DNA of 64,000 nucleotides from a virus, in the IMG/VR virus record IMGVR_UViG_3300045988_132388; one strand, written 5' to 3'. Positions 24,656 to 33,435 of this stretch are shown here, piece by piece. Each line of letters opens with the position of its first letter. The first letter of the stretch is position 1. The notes under the pieces were generated by a model. That model did no database searches. It had not been told where the DNA came from and saw only the letters and a list, made by a program, of their open reading frames with translations. Position numbers and translations under genes: made by a program.

Positions 24656-25687
24656 ATGGAGTTAAACATTACGCTTTCTGAAGCATTGGAGCGAGCTTCG
24701 GAAGGACTGCGAAAGAAGATGCTTCACTCAGTGGAGCTACTGCAAAAAGCAGAGAGGATTGCTCTGAACTATGATGCCGAGAATGGATATTACTTAGCGT
24801 TTAGTGGTGGAAAGGACTCTCAAACTCTTTTCCACATAACTCAGTTAGCTGGAGTTAAATTCCACGGTCACATGAGTCTAACAAGCATTGATCCACCCGA
24901 AGTGATACGTTTCGCAAAGAAGAACTATCCCGAAGTGGAACTGCTAAAGCCTGGCAAATCAATCTTCCAGCACGCTGTAGAAAATCAAATTCTGCCCACT
25001 ATGCGTGTGCGTTGGTGTTGCGCTGAATACAAGGAGACGGCAGGTGCTGGCAAGGTTACGCTAATCGGCATCCGCAAGGCAGAGAGCACACGCCGAGCCA
25101 AGCGAAATGAGGTGGAAATAAACAACCGAAAGTTTAGCGGCGATCTTGACGGTCTCGACGAATACCGACAGGAGCAGAAGGCTAAACGTGCTCGTCGCAA
25201 ATCTAAAGAGCAAGGTGTGAACATCACAAATGCTGATGAAGAAAAGACGTTAGGTTGCATCCACGGCAAAGAGAGTCTGCTGATCTCGCCCATCATCTAT
25301 TGGACGGAAAAGGACGTATGGGAGTTCCTCAACGATGTAGTGAGGGTTCCACATTGCTCGCTTTACGATGAGGGTTGGCATCGCATAGGTTGCATAGGCT
25401 GCCCAATGTCGTCTGCAAAGCAGAAGCGCATCGAGAACGAACGTTATCCGCACGTAAAACGAAACTGGATTAAGGCGATTAAAGCCATCCGAAACGGGGG
25501 GGGTATTCAAAAAAGAATATATCTGGTGGAACATCCGGAAGGACTGGATGCCTCTCAGAAATGTCAGAGGATTGCTCAGGACGCAGGCGGCTACATCAAG
25601 CATTCAGACCCAAAACACTGGATGGGGAGGAAGAATACGAGGAGCAGCTATGCCAACACCAGGGGTTTCATCCAGCTCCTCTTCTGA
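24656..25687 (+). CDS. PAPS-reductase / PP-loop ATPase family protein
   Basis: It has the PP-loop YLAFSGGKDSQTLFHI and the C-terminal Cys pair GCIGCPM. The 3' end is uncertain because of a G8 tract at 25496-25503. Confidence 0.8.
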   Translation: MELNITLSEALERASEGLRKKMLHSVELLQKAERIALNYDAENGYYLAFSGGKDSQTLFHITQLAGVKFHGHMSLTSIDPPEVIRFAKKNYPEVELLKPGKSIFQHAVENQILPTMRVRWCCAEYKETAGAGKVTLIGIRKAESTRRAKRNEVEINNRKFSGDLDGLDEYRQEQKAKRARRKSKEQGVNITNADEEKTLGCIHGKESLLISPIIYWTEKDVWEFLNDVVRVPHCSLYDEGWHRIGCIGCPMSSAKQKRIENERYPHVKRNWIKAIKAIRNGGGIQKRIYLVEHPEGLDASQKCQRIAQDAGGYIKHSDPKHWMGRKNTRSSYANTRGFIQLLF

Positions 25688-25820
25688 CCGCTTGACAGAG
25701 GAGCAAGAGAACGAAATAGCGGAGAATATCTACGATTGGTGGATTTCGGGCAAATCATACAAACAATGGTATGCCGAGAAATTCCAACAGATGAAATTTG
25801 ACTTTGGGGAGGAATTATAA
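25548..25820 (+). CDS. possible alternative 3' extension of the PAPS-reductase-like gene (frame +1)
   Basis: 90-aa ORF overlapping the 3' end of 24656..25687. Its frame is open all the way back to the G8 tract. The ending ...EQENEIAENIYDWWISGKSYKQWYAEKF looks protein-like. Confidence 0.3.
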   Translation: MPLRNVRGLLRTQAATSSIQTQNTGWGGRIRGAAMPTPGVSSSSSSDRLTEEQENEIAENIYDWWISGKSYKQWYAEKFQQMKFDFGEEL

Positions 25821-25876
25821 ACAACACAAAACAACACACAATATGAACAACAAACTAAACGGAAAGGAGGTCCACA

Positions 25877-26470
25877 ATGGCTAAGGACTGGGTGGGCGGC
25901 TCGGCTGCTGTATTCAAGACATTAGGCGCAAGCAACCATACGGATGCGGATCGGCAGCGGGAGGATTACTATGCCACTGAGCCGAAAGCGACGGAATGGC
26001 TGTGCAAGCTGGAGCGATTTGAGGGAAGGATATTGGAACCTTCGTGTGGCGAGGGTCACATGAGCGAGGTGCTGAAAGCAGCAGGGTATGAGGTGGTGAG
26101 CCGCGACCTTGTGGATAGAGGTTACGGTGAGGTGGCCGACTTCCTCGCAATAGACAACTTGGCGTGGAACGGAAACATCGTCACCAATCCGCCCTACAAA
26201 TTCGCGCAGCAGTTTGTGGAGAAGGCCCTAAGCATCATCCCCGAAGGAAAGAAGGTGGCGATGTTCCTGAAACTGACTTTCCTTGAAGGCAAGGCGCGAC
26301 GCGCTCTCTTCCGTTCTACTCCCCCCATTCGTGTTTGGGTAAGTTCGTCACGACTGAAATGTGCTCCCAACGGAGATTTCAATGCTATTGTTGGCAGCGC
26401 AGCGGCATACGCATGGTTCGTATGGGAGAAAGGATATAAAGGCGAGACAACTGTGAAATGGTTTAACTGA
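25877..26470 (+). CDS. DNA N6-adenine methyltransferase (small, NPPY type)
   Basis: 197 aa with AdoMet motif EPSCGEGHM and catalytic motif IVTNPPY. Confidence 0.75.
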   Translation: MAKDWVGGSAAVFKTLGASNHTDADRQREDYYATEPKATEWLCKLERFEGRILEPSCGEGHMSEVLKAAGYEVVSRDLVDRGYGEVADFLAIDNLAWNGNIVTNPPYKFAQQFVEKALSIIPEGKKVAMFLKLTFLEGKARRALFRSTPPIRVWVSSSRLKCAPNGDFNAIVGSAAAYAWFVWEKGYKGETTVKWFN

Positions 26471-26492
26471 TAGAATTACAAAACGACAAAGC

Positions 26493-27263
26493 ATGATAGA
26501 ACTGAATAAGATATATAATGAGGACTGCCTGGAAGGGATGAAACGGATTCCTGACGGGAGCGTGGATTGCATTGTGTGCGATTTGCCGTATGAAGTTCTG
26601 AACAAAGGCAATGAAAAAGTACGATGGGATAACATTATCCCGATAAAGCCTCTATTCAAGGAGTACTGGCGAATAGCGAAAACTAACGCTCCCATTATTC
26701 TCTTCGGTCAAGGAATGTTTACGGCACAGCTAATGATGGCAGAGCCAGACACATGGCGATATAATCTAATTTGGCAAAAAGACAGACCAACAGGCTTTCT
26801 TAATGCGAAGCGTATGCCTATGCGAAGCCATGAGGATATTGCTGTGTTCTACCGTGCGTTACCTACATACAATCCACAAATGAGACAGGGTTCCCCCTCT
26901 CATTCACGAGGACATAAACAAGGAAAAGCAAGGGGTAATGCTTGTTATGGCAACTATAATATTGAGACCTACTCAAAAGAAGCAACAACAGAGAAATATC
27001 CTATATCTGTATTGTTATTCGACAAAGAAAAGAATCTTGATATGCACCCCACCCAAAAACCTGTCGCTCTTATTCAGTATCTCATCCGTACCTACTCCAA
27101 CGAGGGCGACACCATCTTGGACAACTGTATGGGCAGCGGCACCACCGCCATTGCTTGTATAAAAGAGAAGCGCAACTTCATCGGCTTCGAGCTCAACAAG
27201 GAGTATTACGACAAAGCTTGCAAGCGCATCAAACTGGAGCTGGCGCAACCCACTCTCTTCTGA
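26493..27263 (+). CDS. DNA methyltransferase, beta-class (N6A/N4C)
   Basis: 256 aa. The catalytic CDLPYEV motif is N-terminal and the AdoMet motif DNCMGSGTTAIAC is C-terminal. FIGFELNKEYY is also present. Confidence 0.85.
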   Translation: MIELNKIYNEDCLEGMKRIPDGSVDCIVCDLPYEVLNKGNEKVRWDNIIPIKPLFKEYWRIAKTNAPIILFGQGMFTAQLMMAEPDTWRYNLIWQKDRPTGFLNAKRMPMRSHEDIAVFYRALPTYNPQMRQGSPSHSRGHKQGKARGNACYGNYNIETYSKEATTEKYPISVLLFDKEKNLDMHPTQKPVALIQYLIRTYSNEGDTILDNCMGSGTTAIACIKEKRNFIGFELNKEYYDKACKRIKLELAQPTLF

Positions 27264-27293
27264 CAACACAAAAAACAACACACAAAACAACAC

Positions 27294-27524
27294 ATGAGTA
27301 ACAAACGGCACAAATACTTCAACAAGATTCCGCCATTCAAGCCAGATCCCGAGCACTACACTCGCAAGCAGCGCTCATGGAAGGCGAAGGAAGCTTACAA
27401 GACCGAGGATGATGCTTGGGAATATCTCAATCAGAACCCGAAGCTAAGGGCGCAGGGCATGACGGTGTATAGATGCAGGACGTGCAACAAATGGCACATA
27501 GGGCATAAGACGCACAGCGAATAA
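27294..27524 (+). CDS. small basic protein with a Cys/His motif
   Basis: 76 aa containing YRCRTCNKWHIGHKTH. It lies behind a CA-rich leader. Confidence 0.6.
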   Translation: MSNKRHKYFNKIPPFKPDPEHYTRKQRSWKAKEAYKTEDDAWEYLNQNPKLRAQGMTVYRCRTCNKWHIGHKTHSE

Positions 27525-27551
27525 GGAACACAACACAAAATCAGGATAACA

Positions 27552-29546
27552 ATGCAGCAAGCACACAACATTTACTTAACTAAATTCCAGCAGCAGTCGC
27601 TTTATATGGGGGCCAAGGACGAACGAGTGATTGCTGCCCGCCGTGTGGGTAAGACCGACGGATTGGTGGCTCCTTACGTCTGGACGGCATCAAACTCCAT
27701 GCCTGGTATGCTCGGTGCATGGGTGGCAGTGTCGCGTCAGCAGGGCTTCGGCAAGACCATACCAAGTACGATGGCGGCCATGGAACGCATGTTCGGATTT
27801 ACGCAGGGCATCCATTTCGGCTGGGGGCGACCGCCGAAGCACGCGCGAGAGAGCATCTTCAAGCCTAAGAACTACGATAATTACATCTGGTTTGCCAATG
27901 GTGCCGGATGGGTGCTTATATCACTCTCGCAGACTGCCAGTGCCAACAGCTACACGTTTAGCGCGCTTGTGGGGGACGAAGCGAGGTTCTTTCCGCTAAA
28001 AAAGGTAACTGACGAGTTGCTGCCGGCTCTTTCAGGCCAGACGCATCCGTTGGGCGACATCAACTTTACGGAGTATAATCCGATGTATAAGAGCACGCGC
28101 TTTCTCTCTGATGCTGCCCTTACAGCCAAAGGGTCGTGGCTCGAAAGAGAGGAGGAGAAGTTGGACTTGACCGTTGAGACAGGTCCATTCAAGGGCAAGA
28201 CTTACCGATGGGTACAAGAGCAGTTGGAGGATTACGCCAACAAGGTGATACGCTACAACGACCTGCTGTATAACGCCAAGAAGACCAATCACTCGGTTCA
28301 TGTGGTGCCGAAGGAGCTGTGCACGATGATCCGTGCCGTGGCTCTGAAGATGATGAAACATGAAGGGCAGTTCAAGATTATGCCCAACCACGGGCAACAT
28401 GTCACAAAGGGCATGGTGGAAATGGCCGTCAACTATAAGCTCATTTCGCAGGACGATGCCGAACTGATTTACGATTACGAATATCTGATTACACCGGAAG
28501 AGGATTTTGAGATGCAGATGTTCCTGCGCTCAAAGAAATTCTCTGAAGACTATCTGCGTGAGCTGCGCCGTGTGGCTTTCTGTGTGCGACGTGCGTCATC
28601 GCTCGACAATGTAGATATTTTAGGTGAAGACTATATCCGTCAGATGAAGCGAGATCTTCCGCCATACACTTTCGCGGTCTCAATTCTCAACATAAAAGTG
28701 CAGAAGTCGAACGATGGCTTCTACTCCAACCTCGACATTGATCATGTCCACGGATATATCCCCGACGAAATAAACCCTTTATCGTCTGCCAACTTTACCA
28801 CGCAAAAAGTGTCGGGCATCATCGGCGGACGGAAAGTTACAAGCGAGAGCTATCAACCCGACTTCAAGGAGTTGGGCGAGCGCAACGACTCGCGCCAGGA
28901 TTCCGACTGCATCAACTCACTCCCTTTATATATAGCCCTCGACTACAATGCCAACATCAATACGTTGGTAGTGGGACAAATATACGAGCGTGACGGCATG
29001 GAGTGTCTGAATGTCATCAAGAGTTTCTATGTAAAGAACGAGCGCAAGCTGCGTGAGTTGATTGCCGATTTCTCTGCCTATTACGCACCCAAGCGAGCCA
29101 TCAACCGCGACGTGACGTATTTCTATGATGCTACGGCAAAGCAGGGCGCGTCATACGCCACCACCGACGAACGTTTCTACATGACCGTGATTGCCGAACT
29201 GGAGAAGCACGGCTGGAACGTGACGGCCATTGACATGGGCGTGCCGGAGAAGCATGAGGTTAAACATAAGGTAATCAACGATGCCTTGGCGGGTATCGAA
29301 TATCCTGCCATCCGCATAAACCAGGTGAACAACCCTGACCTTATCATTGCCATGCAGCTGTGCGAGGTACAGATTTCATATAAAGGTTTCCGCAAGAACA
29401 AATCAGGAGAAAAGGAACCCGAGGCGGAAGACAACCTGCCTCTCCAGCAGCGTACCGATTTTACGGACGCTTTCGACCCCCTGTTTCTCGGCTGCAAATA
29501 CTTCAGAGGAAGCCTCGGATGGTTCTGTCTGCCGAGCGGAAGATGA
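27552..29546 (+). CDS. terminase large subunit
   Basis: 664 aa with a Walker A-like AARRVGKTDG and a Walker B-like SALVGDEARFF. Its size fits an ATPase plus nuclease, and a terminator follows. Confidence 0.8.
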   Translation: MQQAHNIYLTKFQQQSLYMGAKDERVIAARRVGKTDGLVAPYVWTASNSMPGMLGAWVAVSRQQGFGKTIPSTMAAMERMFGFTQGIHFGWGRPPKHARESIFKPKNYDNYIWFANGAGWVLISLSQTASANSYTFSALVGDEARFFPLKKVTDELLPALSGQTHPLGDINFTEYNPMYKSTRFLSDAALTAKGSWLEREEEKLDLTVETGPFKGKTYRWVQEQLEDYANKVIRYNDLLYNAKKTNHSVHVVPKELCTMIRAVALKMMKHEGQFKIMPNHGQHVTKGMVEMAVNYKLISQDDAELIYDYEYLITPEEDFEMQMFLRSKKFSEDYLRELRRVAFCVRRASSLDNVDILGEDYIRQMKRDLPPYTFAVSILNIKVQKSNDGFYSNLDIDHVHGYIPDEINPLSSANFTTQKVSGIIGGRKVTSESYQPDFKELGERNDSRQDSDCINSLPLYIALDYNANINTLVVGQIYERDGMECLNVIKSFYVKNERKLRELIADFSAYYAPKRAINRDVTYFYDATAKQGASYATTDERFYMTVIAELEKHGWNVTAIDMGVPEKHEVKHKVINDALAGIEYPAIRINQVNNPDLIIAMQLCEVQISYKGFRKNKSGEKEPEAEDNLPLQQRTDFTDAFDPLFLGCKYFRGSLGWFCLPSGR

Positions 29547-29557
29547 AAAACAACAGA

Positions 29558-29590
29558 AAAGGCAGACGTTTCGCAACGGCTGCCTTTTTT
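29558..29590 (+). terminator. rho-independent terminator
   Basis: AAAGGCAG...CTGCCTTTTTT. A GC-containing stem is followed by a T6 run just after the terminase stop. Confidence 0.7.
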
Positions 29591-29668
29591 GTCCCCTTCA
29601 CTAAGGGAACTCAACTATATTTTATTAAACATACCAGGTCAAACATTCTCTTTTTCTTTGCTCATTGC

Positions 29669-30031
29669 TTATCTTATTTTAAACTGCTTTGATAAAAATG
29701 AATCATTCTTTATCAAGTTGATAATTTCTTCTTCCGTATGAATGCCTTTCCAAAATAGTTCTGTATGATCGCCAACTCGTTCTTCATCTACAGAGTATGG
29801 AACACCATAATTTGTATAAAACTCTCCATGATGTTTGATGAGATGGCGACCAGGATTCTTCCGAATATTATTTATCCAAGCATCACAGTCGCACTCACAC
29901 CATATCTCATATTCTGCATTTGTCAGTGTTTTGTCAATGCCGATTGGATAATGTCCGGAACACCCATTTGTTCCAAAGTAAATAATCTCTGCCATATTCT
30001 CTTCTTTTAATCCTCTCCCTGCTGTCACCAA
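29669..30031 (-). CDS. hypothetical protein
   Basis: 120-aa ORF. The likely start is the internal Met (MAEIIYFG...) at 29995. Confidence 0.6.
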   Translation of the reverse strand: MVTAGRGLKEENMAEIIYFGTNGCSGHYPIGIDKTLTNAEYEIWCECDCDAWINNIRKNPGRHLIKHHGEFYTNYGVPYSVDEERVGDHTELFWKGIHTEEEIINLIKNDSFLSKQFKIR

Positions 30032-30046
30032 GGAGAGGAGGGTTAG

Positions 30047-30202
30047 TTACTCTACTTCTGCAGTCTTCCAGTCTGGGTAGCCGCCCAAGTCCTTCTCTTC
30101 ACCACAATTCATTTCAAGCCACTCTTGCAGACAATCCTTAACTTCTTCTCTGTCTTCTGTGTCGTCATACGATTCAATGACAACTGTAAATTTGTATTTC
30201 AT
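30047..30202 (-). CDS. small acidic hypothetical protein (51 aa)
   Basis: Hand-translated: MKYKFTVVIESYDDTEDREEVKDCLQEWLEMNCGEEKDLGGYPDWKTAEVE. It is below the ORF-track size cut-off. Confidence 0.4.
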   Translation of the reverse strand: MKYKFTVVIESYDDTEDREEVKDCLQEWLEMNCGEEKDLGGYPDWKTAEVE

Positions 30203-30238
30203 ATTATTACTATTTATATCCTTTGCAGGATGGGTTAA

Positions 30239-30376
30239 TTAATCTTCTACAATAAATCCATTTTCTGTGCAAGTATCAATAGCTCTAATTGCTACCCAAA
30301 TAGCTTGCCTCTGTTCATCGTCTGTAAGACTACTCCTAATCTCACACAACTTTCTCTTTGCTTCTGTTGCTTTCAT
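30239..30376 (-). CDS. small hypothetical protein (45 aa)
   Basis: Hand-translated: MKATEAKRKLCEIRSSLTDDEQRQAIWVAIRAIDTCTENGFIVED. Confidence 0.35.
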   Translation of the reverse strand: MKATEAKRKLCEIRSSLTDDEQRQAIWVAIRAIDTCTENGFIVED

Positions 30377-30402
30377 ATTATTATTTTTTTGCCCGAAGGC
30401 GG

Positions 30403-30801
30403 TTAAACGCCCAACATTCTATCAATAAATTTATGCACAACTTCTACAGCCTTGTATTCTTCTACCCTTATTTTTTTTTCATATCTGTTGCAAAGTAAGG
30501 TCAATGCGCCTCTAAGATTAATTAATTCATCTTCCGCAAGCATCTCTTTACTTACCAAACCTTTAATAGAAGTCGAGTTGAGTTTTAAAACTTTGCTATT
30601 TACAACTTGTCTGTCTAATCCACAAAAACGTATTGCTTTATCTATTGCATCAAACGTTGCTTCATGACAAATACAAGCATCATCATCATCCAGATATGCC
30701 ATTGTATGCCACCGACATGGTATTCCACAAAAGGTATTTTTCTGAACCGAGTAACGTATTTCTCCATTAGCAAGAGTTTCTTCAACTATTCTCTTAGCCA
30801 T
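30403..30801 (-). CDS. hypothetical protein
   Basis: 132-aa ORF. Confidence 0.6.
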   Translation of the reverse strand: MAKRIVEETLANGEIRYSVQKNTFCGIPCRWHTMAYLDDDDACICHEATFDAIDKAIRFCGLDRQVVNSKVLKLNSTSIKGLVSKEMLAEDELINLRGALTLLCNRYEKKIRVEEYKAVEVVHKFIDRMLGV

Positions 30802-30803
30802 AT

Positions 30804-30980
30804 CTACACCTCCATTTCGTGATTAATTCCAAATCCAAAGAGAAGATGCTGTAATTGGTGGACGTATCGTAACTTTAGACGGAGACCATCAACTATAAAA
30901 TAATTCGATTCGGGATATATTGCTATTGGTGCTGTCCCGAAAGTCAGTTCTTCTATTTTCTTGTTGTCAGTCATACTCAT
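30804..30980 (-). CDS. small hypothetical protein (58 aa)
   Basis: Hand-translated MSMTDNKKIEELTFGTAPIAIYPESNYF... It fills the gap between two ORF-track genes. Confidence 0.35.
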   Translation of the reverse strand: MSMTDNKKIEELTFGTAPIAIYPESNYFIVDGLRLKLRYVHQLQHLLFGFGINHEMEV

Positions 30981-30982
30981 AA

Positions 30983-31678
30983 TTATTTTGTTTGCTTTTC
31001 TTTATCTTCGTCTGCAAGTATGCTCTCGACATACCTCACAACTCTTTCATATTCTCTGCCCGACTTCTCGCCATCGGCATAAGCTTTTTTTATCAGTTCT
31101 TCGCCTGTGCCATAGAAACAGCCTACTTTCCATTTTTTATTAGAACGAGTCCATGTGAAATACCGTCCACTGCTCCAGAAATTCTTAAAGACGATGTAGT
31201 CTGTATCGTTATAGACCGTCGCATAGCCACAGACCACCGCATTGCCATATACCTCTGCATTGCCACAGATTCTTACATTGCCATGTACCTCTGCAATGCC
31301 ATAGATCATTGCGTTGCCATAGACCTCTGCATTGCCATGTACCTCTGCAATGCCATAGATCCTTGCGTTGCCATAGACCTTTGCATAGTTATAGACATTT
31401 GCGTTACCATAGACACATGCGTTGCCATAGACCTCTGCATTGCCATAGACCTCTGCATTGCCATAGATCCCTGCGTTGCCATAGACCTTTGCATGGATAT
31501 AGACCTTTGCGTTACCATAGACCCATGCGCTGCCAACGTGTGAAAGGTTTTCCTCCTTCTCTATCCAACCGCCAAGTTCTCCGGCTTTAACAGAGCCAAA
31601 ATCCTTTAATGCTTTAATTCTATACAATCTGTGACCTACATGTACAATAAATTCAGAGGTTAATTCGTACTTTTTCAT
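30983..31678 (-). CDS. hexapeptide-repeat (xVYGNA) beta-helix-like protein
   Basis: 231 aa with about 17 consecutive six-residue repeats (AKVYGN AGIYGN AEVYGN AEVYGN ACVYGN ...). Unique N- and C-terminal domains flank the repeats. Confidence 0.8.
   Translation of the reverse strand: MKKYELTSEFIVHVGHRLYRIKALKDFGSVKAGELGGWIEKEENLSHVGSAWVYGNAKVYIHAKVYGNAGIYGNAEVYGNAEVYGNACVYGNANVYNYAKVYGNARIYGIAEVHGNAEVYGNAMIYGIAEVHGNVRICGNAEVYGNAVVCGYATVYNDTDYIVFKNFWSSGRYFTWTRSNKKWKVGCFYGTGEELIKKAYADGEKSGREYERVVRYVESILADEDKEKQTK
31214..31525. repeat. 18-bp tandem coding repeat
   Basis: This is the DNA periodicity underlying the hexapeptide repeats. It keeps several shadow frames open on both strands. Confidence 0.8.
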
Positions 31679-31887
31679 AATTCACTGTTGTTTTCTATAT
31701 TTACTAATTACCGTCTTTATTTGTTCATTCCTGCCCCCCAAAGCCTTGGATACCATTTAGGAGAGACGGTCAATCGGTGTAGTAGTTATCTTCTTTGCAA
31801 GTCTTGCTTTCATGATCTTTTTAAATTCTTCCAAATTACCACAACTCATCGACTATATTTTTGAGTGTAGCCATTACGGTTTTCTTA

Positions 31888-32121
31888 TCAGGATAAAGGC
31901 GGGTTTTTTTGCCGGACTATCCTAATTATATTAGAACGAGAAAGAAGAGATCCTTCTTCTTTGTTCCCACTTATAACCAAATAGCCTTGCTCTTCCAAAT
32001 AATCTTTTATATCGTCGTTATCGAGACGAGCGAGAATATCATCCGTGTTAATTCCGTCGTCCAATATCATATCTATAAGGTCGGCAACTTCGATTTCTCT
32101 TTGGATTGTTACTGTACTCAT
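31888..32121 (-). CDS. small acidic hypothetical protein
   Basis: The internal Met (MSTVTIQREIEVADLIDMILDDG...) is the preferred start. The longer ORF-track version overlaps the upstream gene. Confidence 0.55.
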   Translation of the reverse strand: MSTVTIQREIEVADLIDMILDDGINTDDILARLDNDDIKDYLEEQGYLVISGNKEEGSLLSRSNIIRIVRQKNPPLS

Positions 32122-32200
32122 AATTCTTTGTCTTTGTTCCCTCCCGACAGCACACAGAAGATGAACGCTGCGAGGAGAAAGATGGTTAGTATTAGGATTG

Positions 32201-33385
32201 TCATGGCTGCACCTCCTCAAATTTTCCGTCGATTAACTGATACCATGTGTCAGACTTGATTCTCTCTCCGTCCACGAACTCGGTTTTAACACAGATTGGG
32301 ATATTATATCTCTTAGTTTCATCCCATCTCCATTCGGAGAGCGTTATCCATGAGCCAACCTTTGCTTTTGCTATAGAATTATTGCCAGCACACATAATAA
32401 CAGAATCTTCTCCTGTGCTATCAATCTTAGCAGAGTCGCCTGATGAGCCAATCTTAGCAGAGTCGCCTGATGAGCCAATCTGAGCAAAGTCGCCTGATGA
32501 GCCAATCTGAGCAGAGTCGCCCGATGAGCCAATCTGAGCAGAGTCGCCCGATGAACCAATCTTAGCATAGTCGCCCGATGAGCCAATCTGAGCAGAGTAG
32601 CCCGATGAGCTAATCTGAGCAGAGTCGCCCGATGAACCAATCTTAGCATAGTCGCCCGATGAACCAATCTTAGCATAGTCGCCTGATGAGCCAATCTTAG
32701 CAGAGTAGCCCGATGAGCCAATCTGAGCAGAGTAACCTGATGAACCAATCTGAGCAGAGTCGCCCGATGAGCCAATCTTAGCAAAGGTGCCTGATGAACC
32801 TATCTGAGCAGAGTCGCCCGATGAGTCAATCTGAGCATAGTAACCTGATGAACCTATCTGAGCAGAGTCGCCCGATGAGTCAATCTGAGCATAGTAACCT
32901 GATGAACCTATCTGAGCAGAGTCGCCCGATGAGTCAATCTGAGCATAGTAACCCGATGAACCAATCTTAGCAGAGTTGCCTGATGAGCCAATCTTAACAG
33001 AGGCGTCTGATGAGCCAATCTGAGCATAGTCGCCTGATGAGCCAATCTGTTTTCTTCTTTCTTTGTTGTCGTTCAACGCACCATCTGCCTTAATTTTAGA
33101 TGGTGATGTAATATCTTTCAGCCACTCGATACCTATATTAATGATGTCAGTCAGCTTCAACTCAGCCTTAATCTTGATACAAGAAGAGCATACCTTTGTT
33201 GAATCTTCTTCTTCTTCAATCTTACCAGACTGTTCTACCTCTGCAAAGCGAGAGTTGAGCATATCGTAGTAGTCCCATATTTCCATTGGAAACTTGCAAG
33301 CATAGAAACCTCGTTTACAACACTCGATTTCCCCGTTCATTTCGTATTCTTTTCCGACTTCGTATTGAAAGTCTCGACATTTCAA
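32201..33385 (-). CDS. nonapeptide-repeat (IGSSGxxAx) solenoid-like protein
   Basis: 394 aa. A Cys-containing N-terminal domain is followed by about 23 nine-residue repeats (QIGSSGDYA, KIGSSGNSA, QIDSSGDSA ...) and a unique C-terminal domain. Confidence 0.8.
   Translation of the reverse strand: MKCRDFQYEVGKEYEMNGEIECCKRGFYACKFPMEIWDYYDMLNSRFAEVEQSGKIEEEEDSTKVCSSCIKIKAELKLTDIINIGIEWLKDITSPSKIKADGALNDNKERRKQIGSSGDYAQIGSSDASVKIGSSGNSAKIGSSGYYAQIDSSGDSAQIGSSGYYAQIDSSGDSAQIGSSGYYAQIDSSGDSAQIGSSGTFAKIGSSGDSAQIGSSGYSAQIGSSGYSAKIGSSGDYAKIGSSGDYAKIGSSGDSAQISSSGYSAQIGSSGDYAKIGSSGDSAQIGSSGDSAQIGSSGDFAQIGSSGDSAKIGSSGDSAKIDSTGEDSVIMCAGNNSIAKAKVGSWITLSEWRWDETKRYNIPICVKTEFVDGERIKSDTWYQLIDGKFEEVQP
32411..33049. 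repeat. 27-bp tandem coding repeat
   Basis: This is the DNA periodicity underlying the nonapeptide repeats. All frames stay open across it. Confidence 0.8.
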
Positions 33386-33435
33386 GTTTCTGTCGAAGCC
33401 TTTATAGGCTATTATTTTGTTCTATTCTGCCATAA

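Noticed and set aside
32411-33049. CRISPR-like or satellite repeat; alternative-frame ORFs 32371..32784 and 32247..32483 (also 31306..31536 and 31309..31590 in the neighbouring gene)
   Set aside because: The periodic DNA lies entirely inside long ORFs with unique N- and C-terminal domains. The repeat keeps other frames open artefactually.
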